Notes under the pieces: model-generated
What the model was told of the DNA's origin: nothing
Seen by the model: the letters and a program-made list of their open reading frames with translations, nothing else
Databases searched by the model: none
Translations under genes and position numbers: made by a program
Shown here: piece after piece, positions 19,401 to 31,700 of the stretch
How the letters are laid out: each line of letters opens with the position of its first letter
Position numbering within the stretch: position 1 is the first letter of the stretch
From: a virus
Length of the DNA stretch: 64,000 nucleotides
Direction: 5' to 3' (one strand)
Virus record (IMG/VR): IMGVR_UViG_3300025057_000003
Span: 32,001-96,000 of that record

Positions 19401-19761
19401 ATATGTTGCATCTTCAATAGCAACTAGTGATGATGCAAGCTTCACACGATCTATTCCAAATGGTGGTTCATTTTCTATTTTCCAAGGTGTAGATGGTCAG
19501 TATAATATTAAAACTCAATTGTTGCAGTGGGATAATGAACAAGGTAAATTTATGTCTAGCGTCTTTGTTAAAGCAATGGAAGATGATAGGGGTGTTCCAA
19601 TAACTCAAGCCAATAGAAATTACTTAGATTTTTATATGAATCAATTTTTATATGAATTTGAAAAAATTGGAACTAGCCAAACAGATTTAAAAAATGCTTG
19701 GAAGAAAGCTAATCCTACTGCTTTAGTTGAAGAACCAGAAATGTTATTTGCAAATAATTAA
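16402..19761 (+). CDS. Internal virion/ejection (cargo) protein
   Basis: 1119 aa with N-terminus MATYIPGV..PFTPDYKFL..VL and coiled-coil segments; immediately upstream of the virion RNAP, as in crAss-like phages. Confidence 0.65.
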   Translation: MATYIPGVGSYLPEFKPFTPDYKFLSNVLDTKTTKYETNFKALNDVYSKVVYGNLSRKDTQEMRDQYAESLAPKLQQIAGSDLSMAQNVEAAKGLFRPFFEEDLIVKDLAMTKKYRNEMQYADMLKNSTVKEEREKYWQTGVQKMQYEMQDFVDAQEDKALRMGMIQYTPDSDLYQMAMNYLNESELGTDVITEISENGEWMIHRKNGDLITNEALTMVQKALKDDPMVVNAYHAAEFVKSRQYADQGIKEGRFQTIDQGQHEWATNKIAEIEAEIEKRKAALESQKKKAEEKNTAWQNAQKQNGIIKGSEEEKLKNSNKSDLEALRERLNELNLLEADQPESEKKFKTTGEYDPADTQSLLYRAYGLSMNYNMESDLQAAALNYSKKDAMVKLEANEYAVLAKRHKYDMDKLAAQHEYKKREMQIKDAYDKQNIALKAQLEAEASGIDKLDGLGSDVITGEDGTVRGGYTNEDGEFEMDGDYIDNQKGGIADRQQEVNASKVNFLIKNLEKQKDQTNSGSGLLKFGNLEPMTSQQLQKLLITDGKLNDKYKGEFNKAFESLSKNIRDIDPTVEAFADGSPLYFTQGNEAAEYAALRSELDNIESTELQLNHALEQLYKTSKSNLDIAITTNFDTDYDEETQELLQKAVMEYGAPSLFYTNENGVVDMYDEDEYLDVFAEWSKKNGNKVSIKDTKYDDTAWYTGRGSERMAVGDTWAGLGHGKSETITYETRRVSDGLGGAYMQVPVKRLGSTLEWQRDISDTQARDFYSSMKELSNLAIRGKLESVQTVTDKKGDLASVGNKFDVYDVEQALRGVDKANMTAGEIMNVPAYRVLLDPRAVTDDAAMFIKEIDKLVNQKMTEQMTFGEYAFNEASKESSYWDDADIISDKNNDDMFNYDKAEPLLKQYIRDLTKRRSTDSKSVSDYPIAEITYYPSWTSNNKEEMNSPYAGYEIEFSEEYLDGLRKEGGLLHNVKGNKLSIIIDREQDQNPRKLGKMNYSYVASSIATSDDASFTRSIPNGGSFSIFQGVDGQYNIKTQLLQWDNEQGKFMSSVFVKAMEDDRGVPITQANRNYLDFYMNQFLYEFEKIGTSQTDLKNAWKKANPTALVEEPEMLFANN

Positions 19762-19765
19762 ACAT

Positions 19766-22700
19766 ATGTCAAATTTAGATAATACGGTATTTAATAATGA
19801 AATTGCAAATACTCCAGTTGGTGTTCCACCGGATCAGTTTACATTTGAAACAATTTCAGATTTAGAGATACCTGCAGATCTTGAAGCTTTTGATGAAGCT
19901 GTAGATCCGCAGTATCAAGCAATGTTAAACTCTGCTTCAGATGAGATTAACAAAACTATTGCATCTCCGATAGCTAATATGAATAATTTACCTGGTGCGG
20001 CTGGAGGAAGATATAATCCTGCTGCTCAGCAAGAAATACCCTCTCCAGATACAATGGAAGGTAAAATTAGATTATTTCAGAATATTAATAAAAGAACTCC
20101 TCAAATAAGTAAGACGGATAATATATTTGGAGATAATACTGTAAATATAAAAGATCCAACATATTCTGGTATAGCTGCAACGCAGTTTGATAGATATTAT
20201 GCTCATCCTGCTTTTTCTAGATTAGGGTTTCGTCCTTATAGAAATAATGAAGAGTTTTACAATACCCATAGTAGTGGTTGGGAAGATGCTCAACGTATGT
20301 TTGGCCAACTAAATAAACTTATGGGAACTGGTTATCTAAGTTCTTATAGAAGCTGGTTTGAGGATGATGTAATGGATCTTAAGTCTGCTATTGAATATGA
20401 AGACGCTGTAAGAATAGGTAGTTCTAGTAGAGGCGGTTTTGGTGCTGGTCTTAATAACTTTGTATTAAACTCAGGTTATACTTTAGGTATTATTGGTTCA
20501 ATTGCAGTTGAAGAACTTGCAATGTGGGGAGCTACTGTAGCTTTAGGTTTAGCAACTCCTGTTACAGGCGGGGCTTCTGGTGCTGCTGCTGTAGCAACAG
20601 GTACAGCTGCTGCTGCAAGAACTGCATATAATGCTGGCAGATTGGCAAAAGCATTTAGATCTATAGGTCAAAGTTTTAAAATAGGTAAGGCATTTCAGGC
20701 TACAAGAACAATGGTTAACAGCTTTAAGAATATAGATAAAGTAAGAGACTTACATTCAGCTGTTAGAGGAACCGGAAATGTTTTAGGTAAGATACTTGCA
20801 CCTGAAACAGTAAGAGCATTTAAACAATTAAATAGTGCTAAAAAAGCTGGTGAAAATATAACAAACATGGCAAAAGTTTCTAAGACAATTGGAGGCTTTT
20901 ATAGGGATCTTAGATCAATGAACTTTGCTTTGTCTGAAGGTAGAATGGAAGGTGGTTCTGTATATAAAGAACAATGGGAAAAAGAATTTATAATTGCATT
21001 AGATAAAAATAGAGAAGCCGGTTTAGGGGATAACTTATCATATGAGCAACTGCAAGGTGTAAATGAAAGAGCTAAGGCTGCAGCATTAACAACAACATTG
21101 TTTAATGCTCCAGTTATATATTTGTCTAATCAGTTGCTTTTAGGAAATGCCTTTGGTGGATATAAAAGAAGTATAAATCAAATTGCTAGAGAAGGTATTG
21201 AGGGTGCCGCATCTAGAGTTATTAGAGGAAAGGCTGCAACTAAAGTTATAAAAGATACTGTTAAAAAACAAGCAGGAAAGGAAGCTGGAAAGCAAGGTAA
21301 AAGACAAGTACAAAAACAATTATATGAAAGTGTAGAAGATGGTTTTATGAACTGGAGATCTACACTTAAGAAAGTAAAATCAGCTGGTCTAAGAGGCGGT
21401 GCTACTATGGCTGGTGCAGCTGCTCTACGATTTACTGCAAATAATTTATCTGAAGGTATTCAGGAAGTTTATCAAGAAGCCGTAGCAGAAGGTATTAAAG
21501 ATTACTATACTAATTTAGCATTTGATCCTTTAGCTGGAGGATCAGATATGTTTAATGCATCATTAAGTCATGGTATAAAATCACAAATGAGTGCTCAAGG
21601 TTTACATACTTTTGCATCTGGATTTTTCATGAGTACTTTAGTTGGGGGACCTCAAAAATTAATATTCCAAACAATGCCTGAATTGTATCAGGCAACATTT
21701 AACAAGGAACAATATCAAAATTATAAAGCTCAAAAAGAAGCTGAAGTAACTAGAATAGTAGATTCCATGAATGAGTATGGTGATGCACTTGCTCAAGATC
21801 CAACTAATTTATTTGGTCTTGAAAAAATGCAATATGCTACTCAAAAACAAGCAGCAGAAGCAATGGAAGAAGCTCAAGCAAATGATGATTTGATGGGCTT
21901 TATTGACATGAAGGATCATGCTAAGTTCCATAATATGTTTACTTTATTTGAAACTGGGAAAACAGATTTCTTTAAAGAACAGCTTGAAGATTATTTATCA
22001 TTAACAGATCAAGAGTTAGCTGAAGCATTTCCAGATAGAAAAGCAGATGCAAAATCAGGAAAGCTTAGGAATAGTATACAAAATCAGATTACTAAGCTTG
22101 ATAAAATGGAGCAATGGTTTGCTCAAAATAAAGATAAAATTCAAGTTACAGCAAAGCCGGAAAACTTTGAAAAAGGTAGTAGAGAACATCAAGATGAGCA
22201 AATAAAATTTTTAGCGCAAAGACATGCTAAGTATTTATATCTATTTACTAAAGATGGATTTGAAAGAGCTGCAGAAAGAACAGATGCTATATATGAAAAA
22301 CTAGCAACAGATCCTATAATAAAAGATTTAGCTGCAAATGATCTTACAGTATTTTTAACCAAAGATGCTTTACTAACAGAGATTGGACAACTTAAAGGTG
22401 AGGTAGAAATTCTTGGCGATCCAGGTTCAAAACAAGCAAAAAAACAGAAAGAAAAAAAGCTAGCACATTTAGAAAAGATAGCGGATGTACTATACAATGA
22501 AGAATATCTAAATAAAGATGGGAGCTTTGATAAAAGGAGAATTGGAAAACTTATGCCATTAATAGGCGCTTATCTAGATGATGTAGCTAAAACTAGAAAT
22601 GGCTTTGTAGATAATGAAATGCTTTTGGATACTGTTAAGAGTATTATTGATCATAATCATTTAAGTGTTAGACAAGCAATGTATGATAGAGCTCTTAGAG

Positions 22701-25700
22701 TAATGACTGATCCAGCATATCTAGATGATTTGCTTACAGCTGGTAAGTTATATTTTAAATTTGCTTATGAAAATAGAAAGGCTTTATTTAGAGAGGCTAT
22801 TGAAAAATTTATTAATAAGCAAGAGATAAACCAACTCTTAAATGCACTTGCAGATTTAGGTGTATATCCAGATATGGATAGTACAATACTATTTTCACAA
22901 ACAGGAGATCCAAAAGATCTAGGGTCATTTTATAATGCTGAAGGTATAGTAAATAAAGTAGATGATCCAGAGCTATATGAAAAGATTGAAAATGCAATTG
23001 ATATATATAGACAAACTGCAACAGATGCATTAAAAAAAGCTGCAGAAAAAGCCAAGAAAGAAGCTGAAGAAGAAGCTAAAGCTAGAACTGCAGAAAAAGC
23101 ATCAAGTAGTGTTGATCAAATATTAGCAGAAGAAGGTGTAGATGCACCCGAGTCTAAGATTATAGGTAAAACAAAAGAAGAATCCCCTGTATTAGATCAA
23201 ACTCTGCAAAGATTGTTTTCTGAAATGAAGGCTTTAGGTCTTAAAAAAGGCTTTACTATAAATCCATCTTGGGAAAAATTTCTTGAAAGTGATTTAGCCA
23301 AAGAGCATATAACTGCTTATAATGGTCTTAAAAAACTTTGGTATCAAACTCTTACAGCCTTACCGGAAGAAGAGAGAATGAATAGATTTAATAAAGACAT
23401 AGGATTTATTGATTGGTTAAAGCTTCAAGGCACTAATGATCTTGTACAAAAAGTTTTAGCAGAAAGTGCTATTGGTGTTGGTGCTATAAGAATTCAAGCT
23501 TTTATACCAGAAGTAGAAGCTGAAATTAGGTCAGATGAAAAAAGAGAAGTAGATTCAAAAACTAGTGACTCTATCAATATTCAGACTAGATTAATTTTTG
23601 ATCATTCTACAGGAGAACAAACAACAATATTTATTCTTACGGATAAAAACAATAATATAATAGATGAAGAAATTTATACATCAGTAGGTATAGATCCAAT
23701 AAGAGCTAATGCTGGATTCCGTACAAGGAAAGAAGCCAATGATGCAATAAAGCTAATGGCTAATTTAGTTCCTGTAACTGCAAGCTTTACTTTTGATGGT
23801 CAGACTTTAACCTATGCTGATGTTGTAGAAGATATAAATACTAAAAAGAAATATGTTATTATATCAGATGCAAATACAGTTGACAGGTATGGTAATCTTC
23901 TATTAATGAAAATAGAAGATATAGGTAAACTTAATCCCAAACAAGCAATAGCCAAAGCAGTTAAAAGCAAGGAGTTAAATTTATCTGAAGGTGATTTTCA
24001 GAAAAGATTTGCAACGGAACAATTGAATGCTGGCATAGCTTCTTTACCTGCAAATGTTACTAAATTAAACGTAAGAGAAGCTACAAGATTAATTCCTCAT
24101 AGAACTAACTTTGATACAAACTTCCCTGAAAATGAAGAGCTTGCTAGAAGACGTTATGATTTTATAATTAAAAATCTTACACCAGAGCAGTTAAAACAAT
24201 TAAAAGTTAAAGTAAGAGTAAGACCTGATGGTGGGAAAGATATAGGTTATGTTAAGTTTGAAGATAAGGCAGCAAATCCATTTATTAAAAAAACTAGAGC
24301 TCCTTATGATATAGAGATAATAGTTCCTGATGAGATACTTTCACCTATACTTGAAAAATTACCAAAAGAAATTAAAAAACCTGAAGGTAATGCATTAGGT
24401 TATATACCTAACGGTAACGTTGTACTTTTGGATAGAACTAATGGTACTGTTATAAATCCTTTGAGTATTACAGCAGATCAAGTAAAGGATTTATTTGATA
24501 TTACCGGAAGCAGCAAAGAACAAGCTGCTGAAGATATTAAGCAAAATTTTGCAATTCAGTTTACAATTATGAACTCAATTGCAGAAAAGCTAGGAGATTC
24601 TGCAGAAATGGAAATGAGCCTTGAGGATATAGGAGGTGTTAATTTCTTTAGTACTCCAGGAGCAATGTTATTTGATGGGATAGACAAACCTGTAAATGAT
24701 TTAAATATTAGAACGGTTGACGGTCTAACTATTATATTAGAAAATACTAAGCTAAAGAATGGCAAGGTAGCTACTAGATTAATACATAATGGTGAACGCG
24801 GTGAGGGTCCAACACTTCAGAGAAAGATTAAAAATGAAATGGATGCTCAAAATCCTAATTTATATGAGGGAGCTACAGGAACGTCTAGATATACAATGGT
24901 TGTAAAAAGTGCTTCAGGAGTATATTCTTACTTTCCAGTTAAAACACCACCATTATCCGATGAGTCTTTGCAAACTATAGCTGACACTCTTATAAAAAGA
25001 TCTGTAGAAACAGCCAAAGAAAACTTTACTTTAGAAGGCAAGGGAAAAACACAAAAGACAAAACTTAAAAATCTACAATATAATAGTACGTTTAATGCAG
25101 ACTTAAATTCTAATGAGTCACAAGATATTCCTAAATTCTATATTGCAGGTAAACCCGGATATACTTTTGAATTAGCTGTAACAGCAAATGGATCTGTATC
25201 AATTAAAGTTTATGATAGAAAATTACAACAATCTCAATATGTAGGACTTTCTGCAGAAGACGTGGCTACATATGCCGAATCAGAAAACAAAGCAGATTTT
25301 ATAAAAGCATTAATAACTAATTATAATGATTATCTATCTAATCTTGATCCTGAAAAAGTAGATACAAAAAAGAAAGCATTCTTTACAAATCTTAAGAAAA
25401 ATGGTGCATTAAAAGAGAATGCGCTTAAAGAATCTTTTGAAGAGCTTGCTCCAGCTGAAGAAATTTCTGATGCTGTAACAACACAGGTTGGACCTAGTGT
25501 TAGAAAAAAGTCTGCCTTAGTTGCAAATATTAGTGGAGTAGATTCTCAGAATATAAAATCTACACCTATTATATCTAGAACAACTAGTGGTGTATTTACA
25601 CCAAGTGAAAGATTTACAGATGCCCAAGGTAAGCCAATACCTAAAGGGCCTGCTATGACTACATCAACTGAGTCATTAAATATAGCTGGAGAAATTGGAA

Positions 25701-28700
25701 GCTTAGAACAGCTTAGTGATGATGAGTTTACTGAATTACAATCAAAAGACTTTTTAACATTAACTAAAGATCAGCAAGAATATTTAGCAAAAAGAGTTGC
25801 AACTCTAAAACAAGAGGAGTTAACAGATAGAGAGCTAACCGTATTAAGTTCTCCTGCGTCTAGTTTAATTAATGTTAGAGCTCAGGCATATAAGATAAAT
25901 GAAGGTCAACCTAAATCTAATGCAACAAGTGCAAGTACAATTGAGAATCAAAAGAAAGAGGTATCACTTGAAAAGCAATTAGAAGATCTTAAGTCTCAGT
26001 TAGACGCTAGAATGAATCAAGTTAAAGAAAATAACTCTGATCTTTTTGGTTTAGCTTTAATAAAAGCAATACAACAGGATAGCACTGTTAAGAGTCTTGA
26101 AAAGAAAATTCAAGAGGTTAGATTAAAACAAGGTGGCGCTAATAAAATATCAGATGATTTATCATTAGATGATGTAAGGCACATTGATGAGTTTGCTGCA
26201 TGGGCTGCTTCCAATTTACCTGAATTTATTACACTAGATAATATTGCAACTTTAACAGACAATATGAAGTCTGGTGGAGAAAGAGTGGGTGCTTTTGTTA
26301 TGTCTCTTGAAAAAATAGCAGGTAAAGAGAGAATAGGCGGTAAGTTATATGTTGGAGCAACATCTAAGTATGCATACCATGAAGCTTTCCATTCTGTATT
26401 TAGATTGCTATTAACAAAAGAACAACAAGAACAATACTATAAACTAGCTAAGAAAGAAGTTCTAGCTAAATTACGTGGAGAAGGTAAAAGCTTAAAAGAA
26501 GAAATAGAAGGTTTAAGAAATACAGACATTGCTAAATATAAAGATTACTCAAATGATAGAATGGAGAAAGAGTATTTGGAAGAATACATGGCAGATGAAT
26601 TTGAAGTCTTCAAACAAAGTCCAAGAAAAACAAAGACAGATTCTTGGATCAAGTCTCTTTTTAATAAAATACTTGAGTGGATTAGAAATGTTCTTGGGAA
26701 TTTCAACGGGCCTCAGCTTAGCCTCTTGTATAAAGATATTAGTTCAGGTAAATATAGACAGGCTGAAGTGGTGTCAAACCCATTTACGGATGATTTATTT
26801 AGTGGCGCTACTATTGACGCTAGTAAGCTTATTAGGTATAAAAAAGAAGTTTTAGAAAATGGAAAGGAGTTATATAAAAACCTTCCAAATAAACAGAGTG
26901 TTGGTATTATATCATCTATTGCAGCTAGAGTTGTTGATCTAGAAATGAAAAATGAAAGTGCAGACTTTGATATTAAGGATGCAGTAAAAAAGTCAATAGA
27001 GTTATACAAGGATTTATATAATCCAGATAATGCTCAGTATAGAAATTTATCTATACAGCAGCTTTTAGATGTAGGTAATATCTATGAAGCCTTTACTAAT
27101 TATGATAAAGATATATTAGAAAGTGTTGTAGATACTCTGGCAATTTATGATATCAAGCTAGAAGTAATTGAAGAATTAGATGAGGAGAATGAAGTAGAAT
27201 ATGGTTTAAGAACTACAGAACAATACGGTAAAGATGCTTCTCAAATAGGAGGAGCTAGATCACTATCTTCATTTTTAAGAAAGTATATTGCATCAACTAC
27301 ATTATCAGAAAAAGATGAATTTGGGAATGAGTATTTGAGCAATGGAGAACGTTTAATTGTTCCTGTAGATTTTAGTGTAGCATATTCTGGCTTCTTAAAA
27401 GCTGCAGCTGGTACAACAGATCCTATAAGAATTTTACAAAAGTTATATATATTTTCACAAAATAACCCACAAACAAGAGCAATTGTAGAAAGGTTATATG
27501 GAGATTTAAATTTAGTTTGGGAAGATCAACTTGAAGATGGTATTATACCAGCAGAAACTAGCAATAATTTATTGTTCCAATCAATGCTAAAAGGTTTTGA
27601 AAACTTTAAGATTGATTACTTATTCTTACATACAAATACAAAAGATGGTTCCGTAGTAGGTTATTCTGCTGCAAATAGAGATGATGCTCATACTCAAATT
27701 GAGAGATGGGAAACTGAGTATAAACATAGAAGAAGATTATACTTAGCAGATCCTAAATTAAAAGAAGAAGCTTCTGATGAACTTGCTAGACTATTGGAGT
27801 TTATCAATACTGATCAGCCTATAAATAAAATGACTAATGTTAAATTAGCAGAGGTATCAAAGAATATATCAGAGGCGCTAGCTAAAACAATGGGTATCAA
27901 ACTCCATCCTGATTATATTGCATATACTATTGCAAACAATATTACTAAACCAACTAAATATCAATCAGCATTATTAGAATCTCAAAAAGATGTTATTCTA
28001 ATAGATCCAGAGGCTATAATGTATATGAAGCAACAGTTTGATGGAGATGCAGATTTAATGTCACAGGCTGAAGACGAAGGTGTTTATAATAGATTGAGGA
28101 GATTAGGTTTAGGTAATGCAATGTTTGATGAAACAGTTGGAGCATCAGTCTTCAAAAATGCTAATGGAGATTTAGTTTATTCTCATCAATTGCCTACAAT
28201 GCACTTGAAAAAAATGGCAGAGCTAAATGATATTGTTAGCGATCCTACTAAAGTTGCAGAGCTTATTGAAAATGAACCTTACGTTGCAACTAATTATTTA
28301 TTAAATGATCCGGCATTCCGTCAAATGGCTAAGGAAGGCTTGCTTAAAATAACTAGAATATCTGGTAGTAAATCAAGTAAAGGTATTGAAGTAGATAGTG
28401 ATGGAGGTGTAATTGAAGGATATGATAGAAATGAAAAAGGAACTGTTTATGGAGATTATGATCCTAAACAATTCTTGGCTTCTTTGCTAAGCGCTTATAT
28501 ATCAGGTGTTAATCCAAAGTCTGGTAGATTGCAAGCTGGTGTAATTCCAGAGGGTCAAGATGATATGGTTGCATTAGCTCCGGTATTACTGAGAGTTATT
28601 GAAGCATCTAACACTGGTGACTTGTCTGCCTTACCTATAATAAAAGCAGTTGAAGAAAATGCAAAGGGTGAAGCTCAAATTACAGATCAAGCTTTAGACG

Positions 28701-31700
28701 CATATGTAAAAAATATAACTGCAGAGTTTGATAGAATACAAAGAGAGTTAAATCCATATACAAAAACTAAAAATTTAAAACCTGGATATAATGCAGATAA
28801 GAAAGGTCAAAAACCAGATCTAAATGGAAGAGCTTACAGATTTGCTAATAATAAACTTATATTAACTCCATCCAATTCAATAACTCCTGATGTAGAATCT
28901 GGAAAACTTTTAGATAGTAGCTCTACAATAACTAGAATTAGAGAAGGAAGTCAAAAACTATTTATAAAGACAGATGCTGCAGCAGTAGCAATGGGATTCT
29001 TTGCGGAAGGAGAAAGTACTAATTTAGAAATAGGAATAGGTGAGGAAACTAAAGTTGGAAAAGGTAAAAGAAGAGTATTTAAACAAGCTGCTAAAGACAA
29101 ATCTACATTCCATAGAGTTAAGTTAATTGGTAAGAAATCTGTAAATAACTTAACATTATTCAATGTTGAGGATATGTTAGGAGAGGCTATATCAGATAAA
29201 AAGACAAACACCCATACTAAAGAAGTAGAGATTGGAAATCAAACAAGATGGGTTGAGTCTGATGCAATGAAGGCATTTTTATTGGGTGAAAAGGAGTTCT
29301 TTGTTTATGAAGTAATTGAAAATGACTTAACTAATCTAACAGACGAAGAGCTTGACATACTAGAGAAAGAAGCTGTAGATCAAGAAGATTATGCTAAAGC
29401 TAAAGAAATAGCAGATCTAAGATCATATGGTGAAATAAATTATGCATCTGAATTAGAAAGAATTTTAAAAGAACATGCTAAAGAACAAGAAGGAAAATCT
29501 GAAGAAGATTATGAAACACTAACTTTAGAAGAAGCTCTTTCTAAAATTCCTAGCGATAAAGACATTAATCTAGATTCTTTAAAAGCTTTTATTACTGAAA
29601 GAATAGATCAAGAGTTTAAGCAATTTAATAAAGACATAAATAATGAATTCTATAGAGTAGAGGAAGATGGTAGTGTATACTTAGATTTACCTAGATTCAT
29701 ATCAACGGGTCTTAAGAGAAATGAGAACTCAACAGGTAGTGAAGCTGCATTTGAAAATGCAAATCAAAAGTTAAACCTTACAAATAATAGAACTCATAAT
29801 TTAAAGCAAATCTTTATTAATGACTGGATTAATACTACAGCAATAAATGATCTTTTGCTTGGTGATCAAGCAGTGTCCCTTAAAGATGGGGTTGATGCAG
29901 TTAAAAGAGCCAAAATGCAAAATGCTGCATACTATAGTGCAGCAAGCAGAATATCTTCTAAAAAACATAATGTATTGAATCCTCTGCAAAAGATATCAAT
30001 GTTTGCTGTGACAGATCCAATTGCGTCTTCAATACATACTAAAGAAAATATAGAGCAAGCAGATGCACAAAACTGGATGACTGTAAAAGCATTTAGATAT
30101 ATGTGGTTTGGCTTTGGAAAACTTACAGAAACTCAATCTAAATTGCTAGATAAAATAGAAGCTGGAGCTGAGATTTCAGTAGAGGAAATATTTGGAGCAG
30201 CCGGTGCCGTTAAAAAGCAAGAGATGTTAAACTCTAAAAAACTTGTTTATGGTGATGGTAAAGTGTTTGACAAATTCTCGGTAATACCTCTTAGTAAGGC
30301 AATGACATCTATGAAGGACAAAAACGGAAACTGGATTGCAAAACCAGGACGTGAGATACTTCATAATATGAGGGTAAAGATGGAGCAGTATGAACAAGAT
30401 CAGCTTGATCAAGGTATTGATACTGTTGCAATGGTGGCCCCTTTATCTGCTTTAAAAATGATGAAGGAGAATGTTTCATTAATTGATGATTTAGTAAATC
30501 CTAATGAAACTATTATTCAATCTCAAGGTAAAGGTACTGATGCTCAGTATATGGGTAGAAGCCTTTCATATGAGGCAGTTAAGTCAGGTAAACCCAATAG
30601 ACTTACTACGGATAATGTAATGGATCTTGATGCTAATTATATGGGTCTGCAAGTATTAAACCCTTCTAATAAAGAAGAGATTATAGATCCTACTCAGATT
30701 AAAACATTATTAACTGGTGAGCAAGATGACAAGGCCACAGTAAGAATTGATGGCGAGGTAGTTTCAATAGGAGCTTTAAGAAAAAGATACAATGAATTAG
30801 TTAGTGCAAGGCTAACTCAAAAGTATATAGATAAAAGAAATCTTATATTTGATATTGATCCTGAATATGCAATGGATCAGTTACATAAAAGTATTGAAGC
30901 AAAAAAGATAACACCTGATTTATATTCTTTCTTGAATTATGCTCAGACATCATTGCTAGCAAGTCAGTCATCATCACAATTATTAGAGTTCTTTTCATTT
31001 GATGAGGACGGCAATCCTACTTTTGATTTTGTCCAAGATTCACCAATGGTTGAAGCTAAGTTTAAGCAGTTATTCTTAAGCTATTTTAGTAAAGGAGTAA
31101 TGGCTGAAAAAATACCAGGTACCGGTGCGGCATTGCTTTCTGATTATGGTTTTTCTCAATATAGAAAGGTTTATAGTGTAGATGAAAATAACTATATAGA
31201 TAGACAAGAAATAATAAGAACAAATGATTTTGCTCAGAACTATTCTATGAGTGATGTGCAAATGGAAGGTAATGATGTTCTTGATTTATCCAATGATGAT
31301 AAGTTTGATGTATTAGCTCAAAGAGTTAATAAACTTAAGAAGGGTGAGTTTATTATAGTAAAAGATAGACTTAGACCTAATATGAAAGAATATAACATTA
31401 AAGGTGAATATACTGGAGTTAAATATTCCGAGGCTTTAATGCCTGCACATTCAAAAGAAGTTTATGAAAATTTAGATCTTTTAAAACCTGATGCAGCAAT
31501 TCCAGATTCAGTTGGTAAGATGTTTGGTATACGTATTCCATCCCAAGATAATCACTCTACTATAAATGTTAAGGTTGTAGATTTTTTACCTGTGTTTAAT
31601 GGATCAACGATAGTTGCATCAAGAGAACTTGTTGAGGTATCAGGAGCTGACTTTGATATTGATAAGTTATATCTTCAAATGAAAGAATACTATCTTAAGG

